DNA of 63,187 nucleotides, counting the filler, from Chiloscyllium plagiosum (Eukaryota), in assembly GCF_004010195.1 (NCBI RefSeq). It is 5 parts of one record of this genome, joined end to end, with 100 filler letters (N's around TTAATTAATTAA, not from the genome) between each part and the next. Parts side by side here need not be neighbours in the genome. Positions count along the whole stretch, not along the records: positions 42,880 to 51,777 come from NC_057714.1; positions 51,878 to 57,473 come from NC_057714.1; positions 57,574 to 63,187 come from NC_057714.1; 2 more parts are not named here. One strand, 5' to 3'. This document shows positions 48,173 to 59,314 of the stretch, one piece after another (the first letter of the stretch is position 1; every line of letters starts with the position of its first letter). Made by a program: the position numbers and the translations under genes. The notes under the pieces were generated by a model. It saw only the letters and a program-made list of their open reading frames with translations, did not search any database and was not told the origin of the DNA.

Positions 48173-51100
48173 CTCTCAGTTCAGTGTGTTGTTTCTCTAT
48201 CTGTACTCTCAGTTCAGAGTTTTGTTTCTCTCTGTGTTCTCTCAGTTCAGTGTCTTCTTTCTCTATTTTGACTCACAGTTCAGTGTGTTGTTTCTCTATC
48301 TGTACTTTCAGTTCAGTGGTTTATTTCTTTATATGTTGTTTCTCGATCTGTACTCTCACTTCAGTGTTTTATTTCTTTGTGTTGTTTCCTGATCTGTACT
48401 CTCAGTTCAGAGTTTTATTTCTCTGTGTTCTCTCAGTTCAGTGTCTTGTTTCTCTGTCTGTACTCCCAGTTCAGTGTCTTGTTTCTTGATCTGTACTCCC
48501 AGTTCAGTGTATTATTTCTCTATCTTTACTCTCAGTTCAGTGTTTTGTTTCTCTGTCTGTACTCCCTGTTCAGTGTGTTGTTTCTCTATCTGTACTCTCA
48601 GTTCAGAGTTTTGTTTCTCTCTGTGTTCTCTCAGTTCAGTGTCTTCTTTCTCTATTTTGACTCACAGTTCAGTGTGTTGTTTCTCTATCTGTACTCTCAG
48701 TTCAGAGTTTTGTTTCTCTCTGTGTTCTCTCAGTTCAGTGTCTTCTTTCTCTATTTTGACTCACAGTTCAGTGTGTTGTTTCTCTATCTGTACTCTCAGT
48801 TCAGAGTTTTGTTTCTCTCTGTGTTCTCTCAGTTCAGTGTCTTCTTTCTCTATTTTGACTCACAGTTCAGTGTGTTGTTTCTCTATCTGTACTCTCAGTT
48901 CAGAGTTTTGTTTCTCTCTGTGTTCTCTCAGTTCAGTGTCTTCTTTCTCTATTTTGACTCACAGTTCAGTGTGTTGTTTCTCTATCTGTACTCTCAGTTC
49001 AGAGTTTTGTTTCTCTCTGTGTTCTCTCAGTTCAGTGTCTTCTTTCTCTATTTTGACTCACAGTTCAGTGTGTTGTTTCTCTATCTGTACTTTCAGTTCA
49101 GTTCAAAGTTCAGAGTGTTGTTTCTCTATACGTACTCTCAGTCCAGTTTTTTGTCTCGATCTGATCTTGCAGTTCAGTGTGTTGTTTCTCTTTCTGTACC
49201 CTCAGTTCAGTGTGTTGTTTCTCTATCTGTACTCACAGTGCAGTGTGTTATTTCTCTATTTTTACTCTCAGTTCAGTGTGTGTTGTTTCTCTATATGTAC
49301 TCTCAGTTTTCTGTGTTGTTTCTCTATCTGTATTCCCAGTTCAGTATTTTTTTTTCTGACTGTACTCTGAATTAACTGTTTTTTTTCCATCTGTTCTCCA
49401 TGGTCAGTGTGTTATTTCAATATCTGTCCTCCAAGATAAGTTTGTTGTTTCTCTTTCTTTCCTCTCAATTCAGTGTTTTGTTTCCATAACTGTGTTCTCT
49501 GTTCTGTGTGCTGTTTCTCTGTCTGTACTCACAGTTCAGTGTGTTTTTTTTCTCTATCTTTCCTCTCCCTTCAGTATTTTGTTTCCATACCTGTGCTCTC
49601 AGTTCAATGTTTTGTTTTTATATCTGTACTCACATTTCAGTGTTTTGTTCCTCCATCTGTACTCACAGTTCAGTGTTGTTTCACTATGTGTGCTTTCAGT
49701 TCAGTGTGTTGTTTTTCTGTCTGTACTCTCAGTTCACTGTTTTGTTTCTCTGTCTGTACTCGCAGTTCAGTGTTTTGTTTCTCTATATGTACTCTCAGTT
49801 CAGTGTGTTGTTTCTCTATCTGTACTTTCAGTTCAGTTTATTGTTTCTGTATCTGTACTCACAGTTCAGTGCTTTGTTTCTCTATCTGTGCTCTCAGTTC
49901 TGTGTTTTGTTTCTCTGTATGTACTCATAGTGCAGTGTGTTAGTTATCTGTACTGTCAGTTCAGTGTGTTGTTTCTGCATCTGTGCTTTCAGGTCATTGT
50001 GTTGCTTCTATATCTGCACTCTCAGTTCAGTGTTTTGTTTCTCTATCTTGCTCACAGTTCAGTGTTTAGTTTCTCTATCCGTGCTCTCTCTTCAGTGTTT
50101 TGTTTCTGTATTTAGATCTCAGTTCAGTGCTTTGTTTCTTTGTGTTGTTTCACGATCTGAACTCTCAGCTCAGTGTTTAATTTCTTTGTGTTGTTTCTCT
50201 ATCTGTACTACCAGTTCAGTGTGTTGTTTCTCTATCTTTCCTCTCAGTTCAATGTTTTGTTTTTATATCTGTACTCACATTTCAGTGTTTTGTTTCACTA
50301 TCTGTACTCGCAATGCAGTGTATTATTTCTCTACTTTGACTCTCAGTTCAGTGTTTTGTTTCTCTATGTGTGCACACAGTTCAGTTTAGTTTCTCTGTCT
50401 GTACTCGCAGTGGAGTGTTTTGTTTCTCTGACTGCACTCTCAATTAACTGTGATTTTGCTCCATCAGTTCTCCCAGATCAGTGTGTTATTTAACTATTTG
50501 TCCTCCCAGTTCAGTTTGATTTTATCTCCATCTTTCTTCTCAGTTCAATGTTTGTTTCCACGTCTGAGCTCTCAGCTCAGTGTTTTGTTTCTCTATCTGT
50601 ACTCCCAGTTCAGTGTGTTATGTCTCTTTGGTTACTCGCAGTTCAGTGTGTTGTTTCTCCATCTGTACTCTCAGTTCAATGTGTTGTTTCTCTATCCTTC
50701 CTCTCAGTTCAGTGTTTTATTTCCATACCTATGCTCTCAGTTCAGTGTGTTGCTTCTCTATCTGTACTCCCAGTCCAATGTGTTGTTTCTCTATATTTCC
50801 TCTCAGTTCAGTGTTATGTTTCTCACCTGTACTCTCAATTAACTGTGTTTTTGCTCCATTTGTTCTCCCAGATCAGTGTGTTATTTCTCTATGTTTCCTC
50901 TCAGTTCAGTGTTTTGTTTCTCTATCTGTACTGGTACGTCAGTGTGTTGTTTCTTTTTGTGTGCTTTCAGTTCAGTGTTTTATTTCTCTGTGTGCTGTCA
51001 GTTCAGTTTGTTGTTTCTCGATCTGTACTCGAAGTTCAGTGTTTTGTTTCTCTATCTGTCTCTCAGTTCTGTGCGTTGTTTCTCTATCCGTACTCCCAGT

Positions 51101-51877
51101 TCAGTGTGTTATGTCTCTTTGGTTACTCGCAGTTCAGTGTGTTATTTCTCTCTCTGTCTCCCAGTTCAGTGTATTGTTTCTCTATTTTTTCTCCCAGTTC
51201 AGTGTGTTGTTTCTCCATCTGTTCTCCCAGATCAGTGTGTTATTTCACTATCTGTCCTCCCAGTTCAATGTGTTGTTTCTCGATCTTTACTGTTGGTCAG
51301 TGTGTTGCTCTTCTATCTTTACTCTCTGTTCAGTGTGCTATTTCTCTATGTGTACTCCCAGATCAGAGTGTTATTTCTCTATCTGTACTCTCAGTTCAGT
51401 GTGTTGTTTCTCTATATGTATTCACAGTTCAGTGTATTTTATTGGTTTCTGTACTTGCATGACAGTGCGTTGTATCTGTGTGTGCTCTCAGTTCAGGGTG
51501 TTGTTCTCTATACTGTATATATACTCTATACTATATCTGTACTCTCATTTTTAAGTGTTTTATATCTTTGCGTTGTCTCTCTATCTGTACTCACAGGTCA
51601 GTGTGTTGTTTCTCCATGTGTACTCCCAGTTCAGTGTGTTATTTCTCTATCTTTCCTCTCAGTTCAATGTTTTGTTTTTATATCTGTACTCACATTTCAG
51701 TGTTTTGTTCCTCCATCTGTACTCACAGTTCAGTGTGTTGTTTCTCTCTGTGTGCTCTCAGTTCCGTGTGTTGTTTCNNNNNNNNNNNNNNNNNNNNNNN
51801 NNNNNNNNNNNNNNNNNNNNNTTAATTAATTAANNNNNNNNNNNNNNNNNNNNNNNNNNNNNNNNNNNNNNNNNNNN

Positions 51878-52075
51878 TATCACCCTCACCTTGACCTCCT
51901 TCCACCTATCGCATTTCCAACGCCCCTCCCCCAAGTCCCTCCCCCCTACCTTTTATCTTAGCCTGCTGGACACACTTTCCACATTCCTGAAGAAGGACTT
52001 ATACCCGAAACGTCGATTCTCCTGTTCCTTGGATGCTGCCTGACTTGCTGCGCTTTTCCAGCAACACATTTTCAG
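51878..52075 (+). mobile_element. PLE family-2 terminus (left end in gap)
   Basis: Highly similar to 11309-11495. Contains ttcctgaagaaggacttatacccgaaacgtcga. Confidence 0.82.
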
Positions 52076-52239
52076 TATGGCAATGGGGTCAACTATGCTT
52101 CTCACCAGCTCAGTTGACTCTTAATTGTTCAGTTACATATGGTATGTGGGCTATCAATATTGGCAGGTTGCAGGAAAAGTTGCGAGATCTGTTTTCAAAC
52201 AAAATACGGGATTCTTGTTGTTTTTTATAAAAATAGAAG

Positions 52240-52790
52240 TGATCCTAATTCTTTATAAAACACTGGTTAGACCTGAAGCACGACAGGCAATTCTAGACAC
52301 TGTGTTTTAACAAGGATATTAAGGTTTCAGAAAGGATATGAGAAATCTACCAGAATGGTACCAGGGATGAGGAACTTCCGTTATGTGAAAAGATTGGAGA
52401 AACTGGAGTTGTTCTCTTCAGAACAGGAAATGTAATTGAAATATGGGTGTTCAACTTCATGAAGAGTTTGGGTCGTGTAAATAAGGACAGTTTGTTTCCG
52501 TGGCAGAATGTTGGGTAACCAAATATATTGATTTTAGGATAATCTTACAAAAGAACTAGAGGGAACTTGACTATGCACTGAGTTGTTGTGATGTGCAAGA
52601 GACTCTTCAAAAGGATGGTGGAAACAGATTCTGTAGTCACTTTCAGAAAGTTATTTGATTAATACTTGAAGGGCAAACAATAACAGACTATGGAGTTAGA
52701 ATAAGAATAGTACTAGTTGAATCGATCTACCAAAGTGATAATGGGCATTATGGGCTAAATGGCCTCTGTGCTGTAATATTCCATGATTCT
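52240..52790 (+). mobile_element. Old CR1 3' end
   Basis: LYKTLVRP...; tail gggctaaatggcctctgtgctgtaatattccatgattctat. Confidence 0.7.
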
Positions 52791-53299
52791 ATATCTTTAT
52801 GTATTGACAATTACATGGCATCACTTACAAGCTGGTGCTGTTCAGTGAAATAAAAACATTGATTTGCTATTAGATCATCGACTATCTACTCCGTTCTAAT
52901 CTTAAACATTTGTGGTACTGATCTTTATAATAAACAGAAGTACAGTTGAGGGAACCATCCACTGGAGCTACATGAAGCGGCTGTAAGAAAATTGGATACT
53001 AATTGCTCATGTCCAAAAGTGGACTAAACTGCTTCATCTGTTGACAGCTGCTTTCCTCATGATCTTCACTTGAGGGGAGATAAAACAGCAAGAGGCCATT
53101 AGCTATATTAATGAGAGAATACTAAATATTACCACCATTAGGGTGGTCTGGTGCCTCAGTGGGTAGCAGCCATTCTCAGAATCCGAAGCTCTATGTACAA
53201 GCACTTCAGACTTTTTGGCCATGACATGGCAAGATGATGACAATGGTGATACAATGACATCAAAGGAAATGTTAATGCCCTGAGGGTGGATTAAGATCT

Positions 53300-54800
53300 C
53301 ACCACAAAAGCAAGAAATAATAAAGTTATGATGCACTCATATAGGGGCCTGAACAACATGGGTCGTGGCAAGGCTTGTATCAACATCGTGCGAAAAGTCT
53401 GGCGAAGCCATCTTGACCTTGAGAGCAATTTGTGGCAGTTTTTATTGATCTGCTGGGCATCAACATATGTTTCTTGCTAGGCAGTAGTTAGTTGTCTATT
53501 AAGGGAGAGTATTGCTCTTAACAACCTTACTACTGCAGCACATCTCACCTTATTAATATGTAGCTTTCTAGCAATCCAAACCTACTGATCGAACTAGATG
53601 CTGTACATTTTCAACATGGAAGTCAGAGTGGGTACCTGATGACTTCATCTAGCTGCTTGCTTCAAAGAACCTCATTCTTGAACACAGGGCACCAACATCG
53701 CAGGGCATACTCCACGGACATTGACATCTGATATGTGCTAGCCTCCAAGAACACTCTTGGCACACGACCAACTCACTGAACATTTCTGAATTCAGGCTGC
53801 GTTATAATGCAGCTGCAAGGACACTTTGGGCTCAGGGACACCCACCTTGCTTGCTGATGGGACCAGGCTGCATTTCTGACCTGCTTGCGCACTCAGTCTG
53901 ACTCTACTTAAATGCTCATAGTATCCGTGCCTTGCATTGCCTTGTCTTTCCTTTGTGCACTTTCCTCCCACAGCCAGAGATACCAGGTTCACAATTTTGC
54001 TCTATTGCCTTGCATTTTATGCAGACACCAAAGATGTGAAGGATCTTATAGTTATCAGCAGTCCTCAGTCAAGAGAAATAGCATTTACTTGGCGGATTTT
54101 GACACAATAAGTCAAGGGCAGCCTCCGACACCAGTCCACGTATGTAGACATTGTCAGTCAGCTGCTAGGGGCAGCCAGAGTTGAGATCCTTTTCACATAA
54201 GGGGTGACAAGCTGCATATTGGGCAGTACACCATCTCTCTTGAGTCTTGCTGTTCTGTTGTGCACTACTGGAATGAAAAAAAGGCAGGTAATAAGAGTGA
54301 TGAAAGTGAGTGGCACAGCTGTCACTGTTGCTGCAGGTAGGAGGTGTCCCAGGTGAATAAGTAGGCAATGCAGAGGTCATGCAGGGTGGATGGTGTCAGA
54401 GGTTGGGTTGCTGACAGTGAGTGAGAAAACATTTTACTGGCATTAATGAGCGTGATAGAGCATGAGCCTTGGTGGGAAGCGGGTACAGGAGCAGAGATCT
54501 AGGGAATGTGAGGGATCAGAGAGAAGATGGTGGCACTTGTGCTGATGGAGTCATTGACCTCCTTCCTGCATTGCTATGCGTTCCTGCAGATGGTTGAGGA
54601 TATATTGACCAGGCCTACTCTGGGGGAAGAGAACATCTGCAACACCAAGTCCAACAGGGTCTCCAGGTCCCAGCTCAGAAATCAGGATGTAAAAATTATC
54701 TTCCCTGCCATGTTTGAGGTTCCGGCCAAGGATTCCAGACTGTTACACAACAATCTTTTGGACCAACCAGTCTGAGTACACAGTGGTGAGTTCCTCCAGG
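53300..54800 (-). mobile_element. Decayed Harbinger accessory Myb/SANT-like gene remnant
   Basis: Minus strand FLSWDLETLLDLV (about 54680-54640) and CRNA*QCRKEVND (about 54590-54555) resemble FSD.DLE.LLD.V and RT..QCRKK.NDL. The left boundary is uncertain. Confidence 0.5.
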
Positions 54801-55060
54801 AAAGACAAGCAGTGAGATGAAACTAGAATTGGGTGAAGGGTGCCATAGGGCCAGGGTAATCCTTTAATAAGGCAGGCTTGGCACGAAATCTTGAGGCCTT
54901 GTAGCAAAGAAAACCTGCAAAAAACTTCATGCATATGGTAATTTTCCAAATAAAACATATGTTCATCACTGACAAAGGGATGAAACCTAACAATTATTGA
55001 TTCTCATGAACCCCTATCCATTTAACTAATATCCTTTTAGAGAGTAAAATCTTTCACTTT

Positions 55061-55195
55061 CCGTGGTTACGTTAGAGCCCGGGTGTCCTTGGAGAAGGAG
55101 CACACGGTGTCGACCAACACCCTGGAGTTGTTCAGGGAGAGGTGGGCGCTGCAGGGAGTGGAGTGCATTATTTCTCCCTCCAACTCAAAAAGAAA
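55061..55195 (+). mobile_element. 135-bp 3' fragment of a Tx1/L1-like LINE with A tail and 16-bp TSD
   Basis: RGYVRARVSLEKEHTVSTNTLELFRERWALQGVECII, then AAAAAGAAA. TSD TAAAATCTTTCACTTT at 55045-55060 and 55196-55211. The Tx1 assignment is from recall of similar C-termini. Confidence 0.75.
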
Positions 55196-55211
55196 TAAAA
55201 TCTTTCACTTT

Positions 55212-55823
55212 TACTGCTGGGGGGGGAATGACCTACCAGAGGAAAGCCATAGCAGTCAGTTCTCTGGCACTGAGCCTGACACTGTGGCAAAGAAGGGAAG
55301 GGGGCGGAATAGAAAAGTACTCGTGGTTGGGGACTCAATAGTTAGGGGAATCGACAGGAGATTTTGTGGTCAGGATTGGGATTCCCGGAAGGTATGTTGC
55401 CTCCGTGGTGCCAGGGTTCGGGACGTTTCTGATCGGGTGTATAAGGTTCTAAAAGGCGAGGGTGAACAGCCAGAAATTGTGTTACATATTGGCACTAATG
55501 ATATAACCAGGAAAAGGAACGAGGATATAAAAAGTGATTTCAGGGAGTTAGGATGGAAGCTGCAAAGCAGGACGAACAGAGTAGTGTTCTCTAGATTACT
55601 ACCGGTGCCACGAGATAGCGAGGCGAGGAACACGGAATGGGCGCAGTTTAACACGTGGCTGCGCAGCTGGTGTAGGAGGGAGGGCTTCAGATATGTAGAT
55701 AATTGGGATGCCTTCTGGGGAAGGTGGGACCTGTACAAGAAGGACGGGTTGCATCTGAACTGGAAGGGGACCAATGTCCTGGGTGGAAGGTTTGCTCGAG
55801 TAGTTCAAGAGGGTTTAAACTAG
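55212..55823 (+). pseudogene. CR1 ORF1 C-terminal SGNH/GDSL esterase domain (5'-truncated, frame open)
   Basis: VLVVGDSIVRG (block I), GARV (II), HIGTND (III), DGLHLN (V). Confidence 0.9.
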
Positions 55824-55945
55824 TATGGCAGGGGGGTGGGAACCTGAGCTGTATACCGGAGGTGAGAGTTGATGGAGATGAGGCAATAGCATGAGGTAGA
55901 CCAGCTAGTGGGAAGGATTTTCCTGGGAAGGAACCAAGGTATCAG

Positions 55946-57316
55946 TTAAAGTGTGTTTGCTTTAATGCAAGGAGTATCAGGAATAAAAGTGATGAACTTA
56001 GAGCATAGATCAGTACCTAGTGCTATGATGTTGTGGCCATAACAGAGACATGAGTTTCTCAGGGGCAGGAATGGTTGCTGGATATTCCAGGGTTTAGAGC
56101 ATTTAAAAAGAATAGTGAGGGGGGAAAAAGAGGAGGGGGTGTAGCACTACTAATCAGAGAGGGTATCACAGCTACAGAAGCTTCCATTGTCGAAGAAGAT
56201 CTGCCTACCGAGTCAGTATGGGTGGAAATTAGGAATAGCAAGGGAGCAGTCACCTCGTTAGGGGTTTACTACAGGCCCCCTAATAGCAGCAGGGAGATGG
56301 AAGAAAGCATAGGTCGGCAGATTTTGGAAAAGTGTGGACGTAGTAGGGTTGTTGTAATGGGTGACTTTAACTTTCCCAATATTGTTTGGAACCTCCTTCG
56401 AGCAGAAGATTTGAATGGAGCTGTTTTTGTAACGTGTGTTCAGGAGGGTTTCCTAACTGAGTACATTGACAGGCCGACGAGGGGAGAGGCCACTCTAGAC
56501 TTGGTGCTTGGAAATGAGCCGGGGCAGGTATCAGATCTTGTGGTGGGAGAGCATTTTGGTGATAGTGACCACAACTGCCTCACATTCTACAGAGCTATGG
56601 AGAAGGAGAGGATTAGGCAAAATGGGAGGATATTTAATTGGGGAAGAGGAAACTATGATGTGATTAGGCATGAGTTAGGAAGTATGGATTGGGAGCAATT
56701 GTTCCATGGTAAAGGCACTATAGACATGTGGAGACTGTTTAAGGAACAGTTGTTGCAAGTGATGAATAAATATGTCCCTCTGAGGCAGGCAAGAAGTGGT
56801 AAGATAAAGGAACCTTGGATGATGAGAGTGGAGAAGCTTCTCGTCAAAAGGAAAAAGGTAGCTTACATAAGGTGGAGGAAGCTAGGGTCAAGCTCAGCTC
56901 TAGAGGATTACAGGCAGGTGAGGAAGGAGCTCAAAAATGGTCTGAGGAGAGCCAGGAGGGGGCATGAGAAAGGCATGGCAGAATGGATTAGGGAGAACAA
57001 ACAGGCATTTTACACTTATGTGAGGAATAAGAGAATGGTCAAAGAAAGAGTAGGGCCAATCAGGGATAGCATAGGGAATTTGTGTGTGGAGTGTGAGGAG
57101 GTGGGGGAAGCCCTAAATGAGTTTTTTGCTTCTGTCTTTACGAAAGAAACAAACTTTGTAGTGACCTTGTTGGGTGTTTACTATAGGCCCCCCAATAGCA
57201 GCAGAGATGTGGAGAAACAGATTGGGAAACAGATTTTGGAAAGGTGCAGAAGCCACAGGGTCGTAGTCATGGGCGACTTCAACTTCCCAAATATTGATTG
57301 GAAGCTCTTTAGATAA
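55946..57316 (+). pseudogene. CR1 ORF2 apurinic-like endonuclease region with three early stops
   Basis: CVCFNARSIRNK...ITET...GGGVALL...GVYYRPP...MGDFNFP...LDLVL...SDHN. In-frame stops at 56006, 56018 and 56051. Confidence 0.9.
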
Positions 57317-57573
57317 AGTAGATTGGATGGGGCGGTGTTTGTGCAGTGTGTCCAGGAAGCTTTTCTAACGCAGTATGTAGATTGTCCAACCAGAGGGGAG
57401 GCCATATTGGATTTGGTACTCGGTAATGAACCGGGACAAGTGATGGGCTTGTTAGTGGGTGAACATTGTGGTGNNNNNNNNNNNNNNNNNNNNNNNNNNN
57501 NNNNNNNNNNNNNNNNNTTAATTAATTAANNNNNNNNNNNNNNNNNNNNNNNNNNNNNNNNNNNNNNNNNNNN

Positions 57574-57830
57574 TTTCCAGCCCATACCCCTCCCTCCAAT
57601 CATCCCTCCCAACAACCAGATTCCTTTCTCCCATTGACCAACCAGGTTATACCCTCTACCTTTTTTCACCTATCCCCACATTACCACCCTGCCCCCGCCA
57701 CCCCCTTTACCTGCAGCTCCCCCTACACACACACCCAGTCCTGAAGAAGGGTTATACCCAAAACGTTGGCTTTTCCATCTCCTGATGCTCCCTGGCTTGG
57801 CTGTGTTCTTCCAGCCCCCTGTCTGTCTAC
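57574..57830 (+). mobile_element. PLE terminus (diverged family-2-like)
   Basis: agtcctgaagaagggttatacccaaaacgttg...ctgtgttcttccagc. Confidence 0.65.
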
Positions 57831-59314
57831 TTCAGAGGGTCAGTGCAGACTTGATGGGCCAAATGGCCTTTTTTCTGCACTGTCAGGATTCTACAATTCT
57901 ATGTATTAGTCAAACAAAAGTTCCATTATTCTTAACATTTGAAAGTTGAAATTATGTATGGCACTCTTTCATATGACTGTTGAATGTGATTTCCACGTAT
58001 TTACACATACTAATTCCTCCCTGCACTTTTGAAATGTATGTGATAACTATTAAGCTCATTAAGTATTGGTAAAAGGACAGTGACAATTGTAAATTGACCT
58101 ACATGATATAGCTGCTGATTTCCTATAACGGTGATTATACTTCAGCAGTGTTCATGTGCTGTAAAGCGTTTTGGGATATTCTGAGGAAAGAAAGGTGCCA
58201 TCTAAATGCAAGTCTTTCTTTTCTTTCCTCAAAACTATCTGGGACTATAGTGATGGTGATTTTATTGAAAACAAAATGTGCATGAGAATCAAGGTTATTG
58301 AAATGTCTTGTCAGATATGGATTCTGATGTATGTCAAATTAACATGAGGAAAAGTCAGACTTTTCTGAATTGCTTTTTACATCTTAAGTATATTCCAAGT
58401 ATAATATTAAAAAGGATTTGTTGGTGTACCTTATATTCAAGTAAATTTACCTGTGAACAATTCTGCAATATTTCCAAAAAATCTGTACAATTGTAAAAGA
58501 GAAACAATTTAATTTTGGTGGTAATACATTCTTTTTATATATTTAAACACATCCACTGAAATATTCAGAAGCCATGTCATGGTAATAGTTCATGTGTCAA
58601 TAAAGATATGAATTGCAAATGCATTTATTTTTAAAAGTTATTTTCTTTTGTTAGAAAAACACATTTGCAAGATAGCATGCTCAAAGGAAAGCAAGCCATC
58701 CTTGATAATTGGCATGTCTCACTTCCTTTTAGTTCATATCTAATATGTCAGATATCTTTCCTATATCTGTTAATAAACCAAAGTCATCAAATGTTTTGAT
58801 TAAGTAAGGAGACAAACTGCTCGAACATGTCAGCAGATGTGGAAGCATCAGTGACAAGAGAAAGAAATACCATTTCTTTAATCAGGGCAGGGCAAACATA
58901 TAGATGGAATAGGTTTTAAGCAAGTGAAATGGAAGAAAGTGGGTGAAAGAACAAAACAAGCAACAAAAATAATGGAAAGCAGCAGGAATTAAATTGACAA
59001 GAGGTTTAGTTAAAGTGCCACTTTAAAGAAAGATGTCAGGGAGAAGAAAATAAAGGAAATGTAACTAGAGGTGGTCTGAACGGCAGAATGATGAGTAGCT
59101 GAGGTTTTGCCAATGTGACCAGGAATAATCACTGAGGTAGCATGCTAATATTAACATAAATTTAGTATACAAGCAGTTAGTTCCTATTTTGAAATGTTGA
59201 TTAAACCTTGTTTTTTGAAGACCAAAATGGCTAATATACTATATCAGTTTGATAAAACTGGCTTATTAAGTACATTTTGGAGACATTTGAATGTCAATGT
59301 TTAAAATTAGAAAG

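Larger units (their letters stand above)
42880..51777. repeat. 33-bp-unit minisatellite/satellite array, at least 8.9 kb, consensus TCAGTTCAGTGTGTTGTTTCTCTATCTGTACTC
   Basis: Roughly 230 diverged monomers (estimated from length), visible 11-aa periodicity in the ORF track, gap-bounded at both ends, three retroposon insertions. Confidence 0.97.
55212..57473 (+). mobile_element. CR1 LINE: ORF1 esterase, ORF2 APE endonuclease, then a second CR1 APE segment; cut by the gap
   Basis: ORF1 and ORF2 motifs as listed in the next two features. The junction to the second copy is at about 57160. Confidence 0.93.

Noticed and set aside
48568..49091. Regular ~33-bp periodicity reminiscent of a CRISPR array
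   Set aside because: No unique spacers and no cas genes, in a eukaryotic context. It is a tandem satellite.
42880..51777. Many long plus-strand ORFs (up to 418 aa, rich in F/L/S/V/C/Y) resembling membrane or Cys-rich proteins
   Set aside because: They occur in all three frames because the T-rich 33-bp monomer lacks stop codons. There is no domain content.
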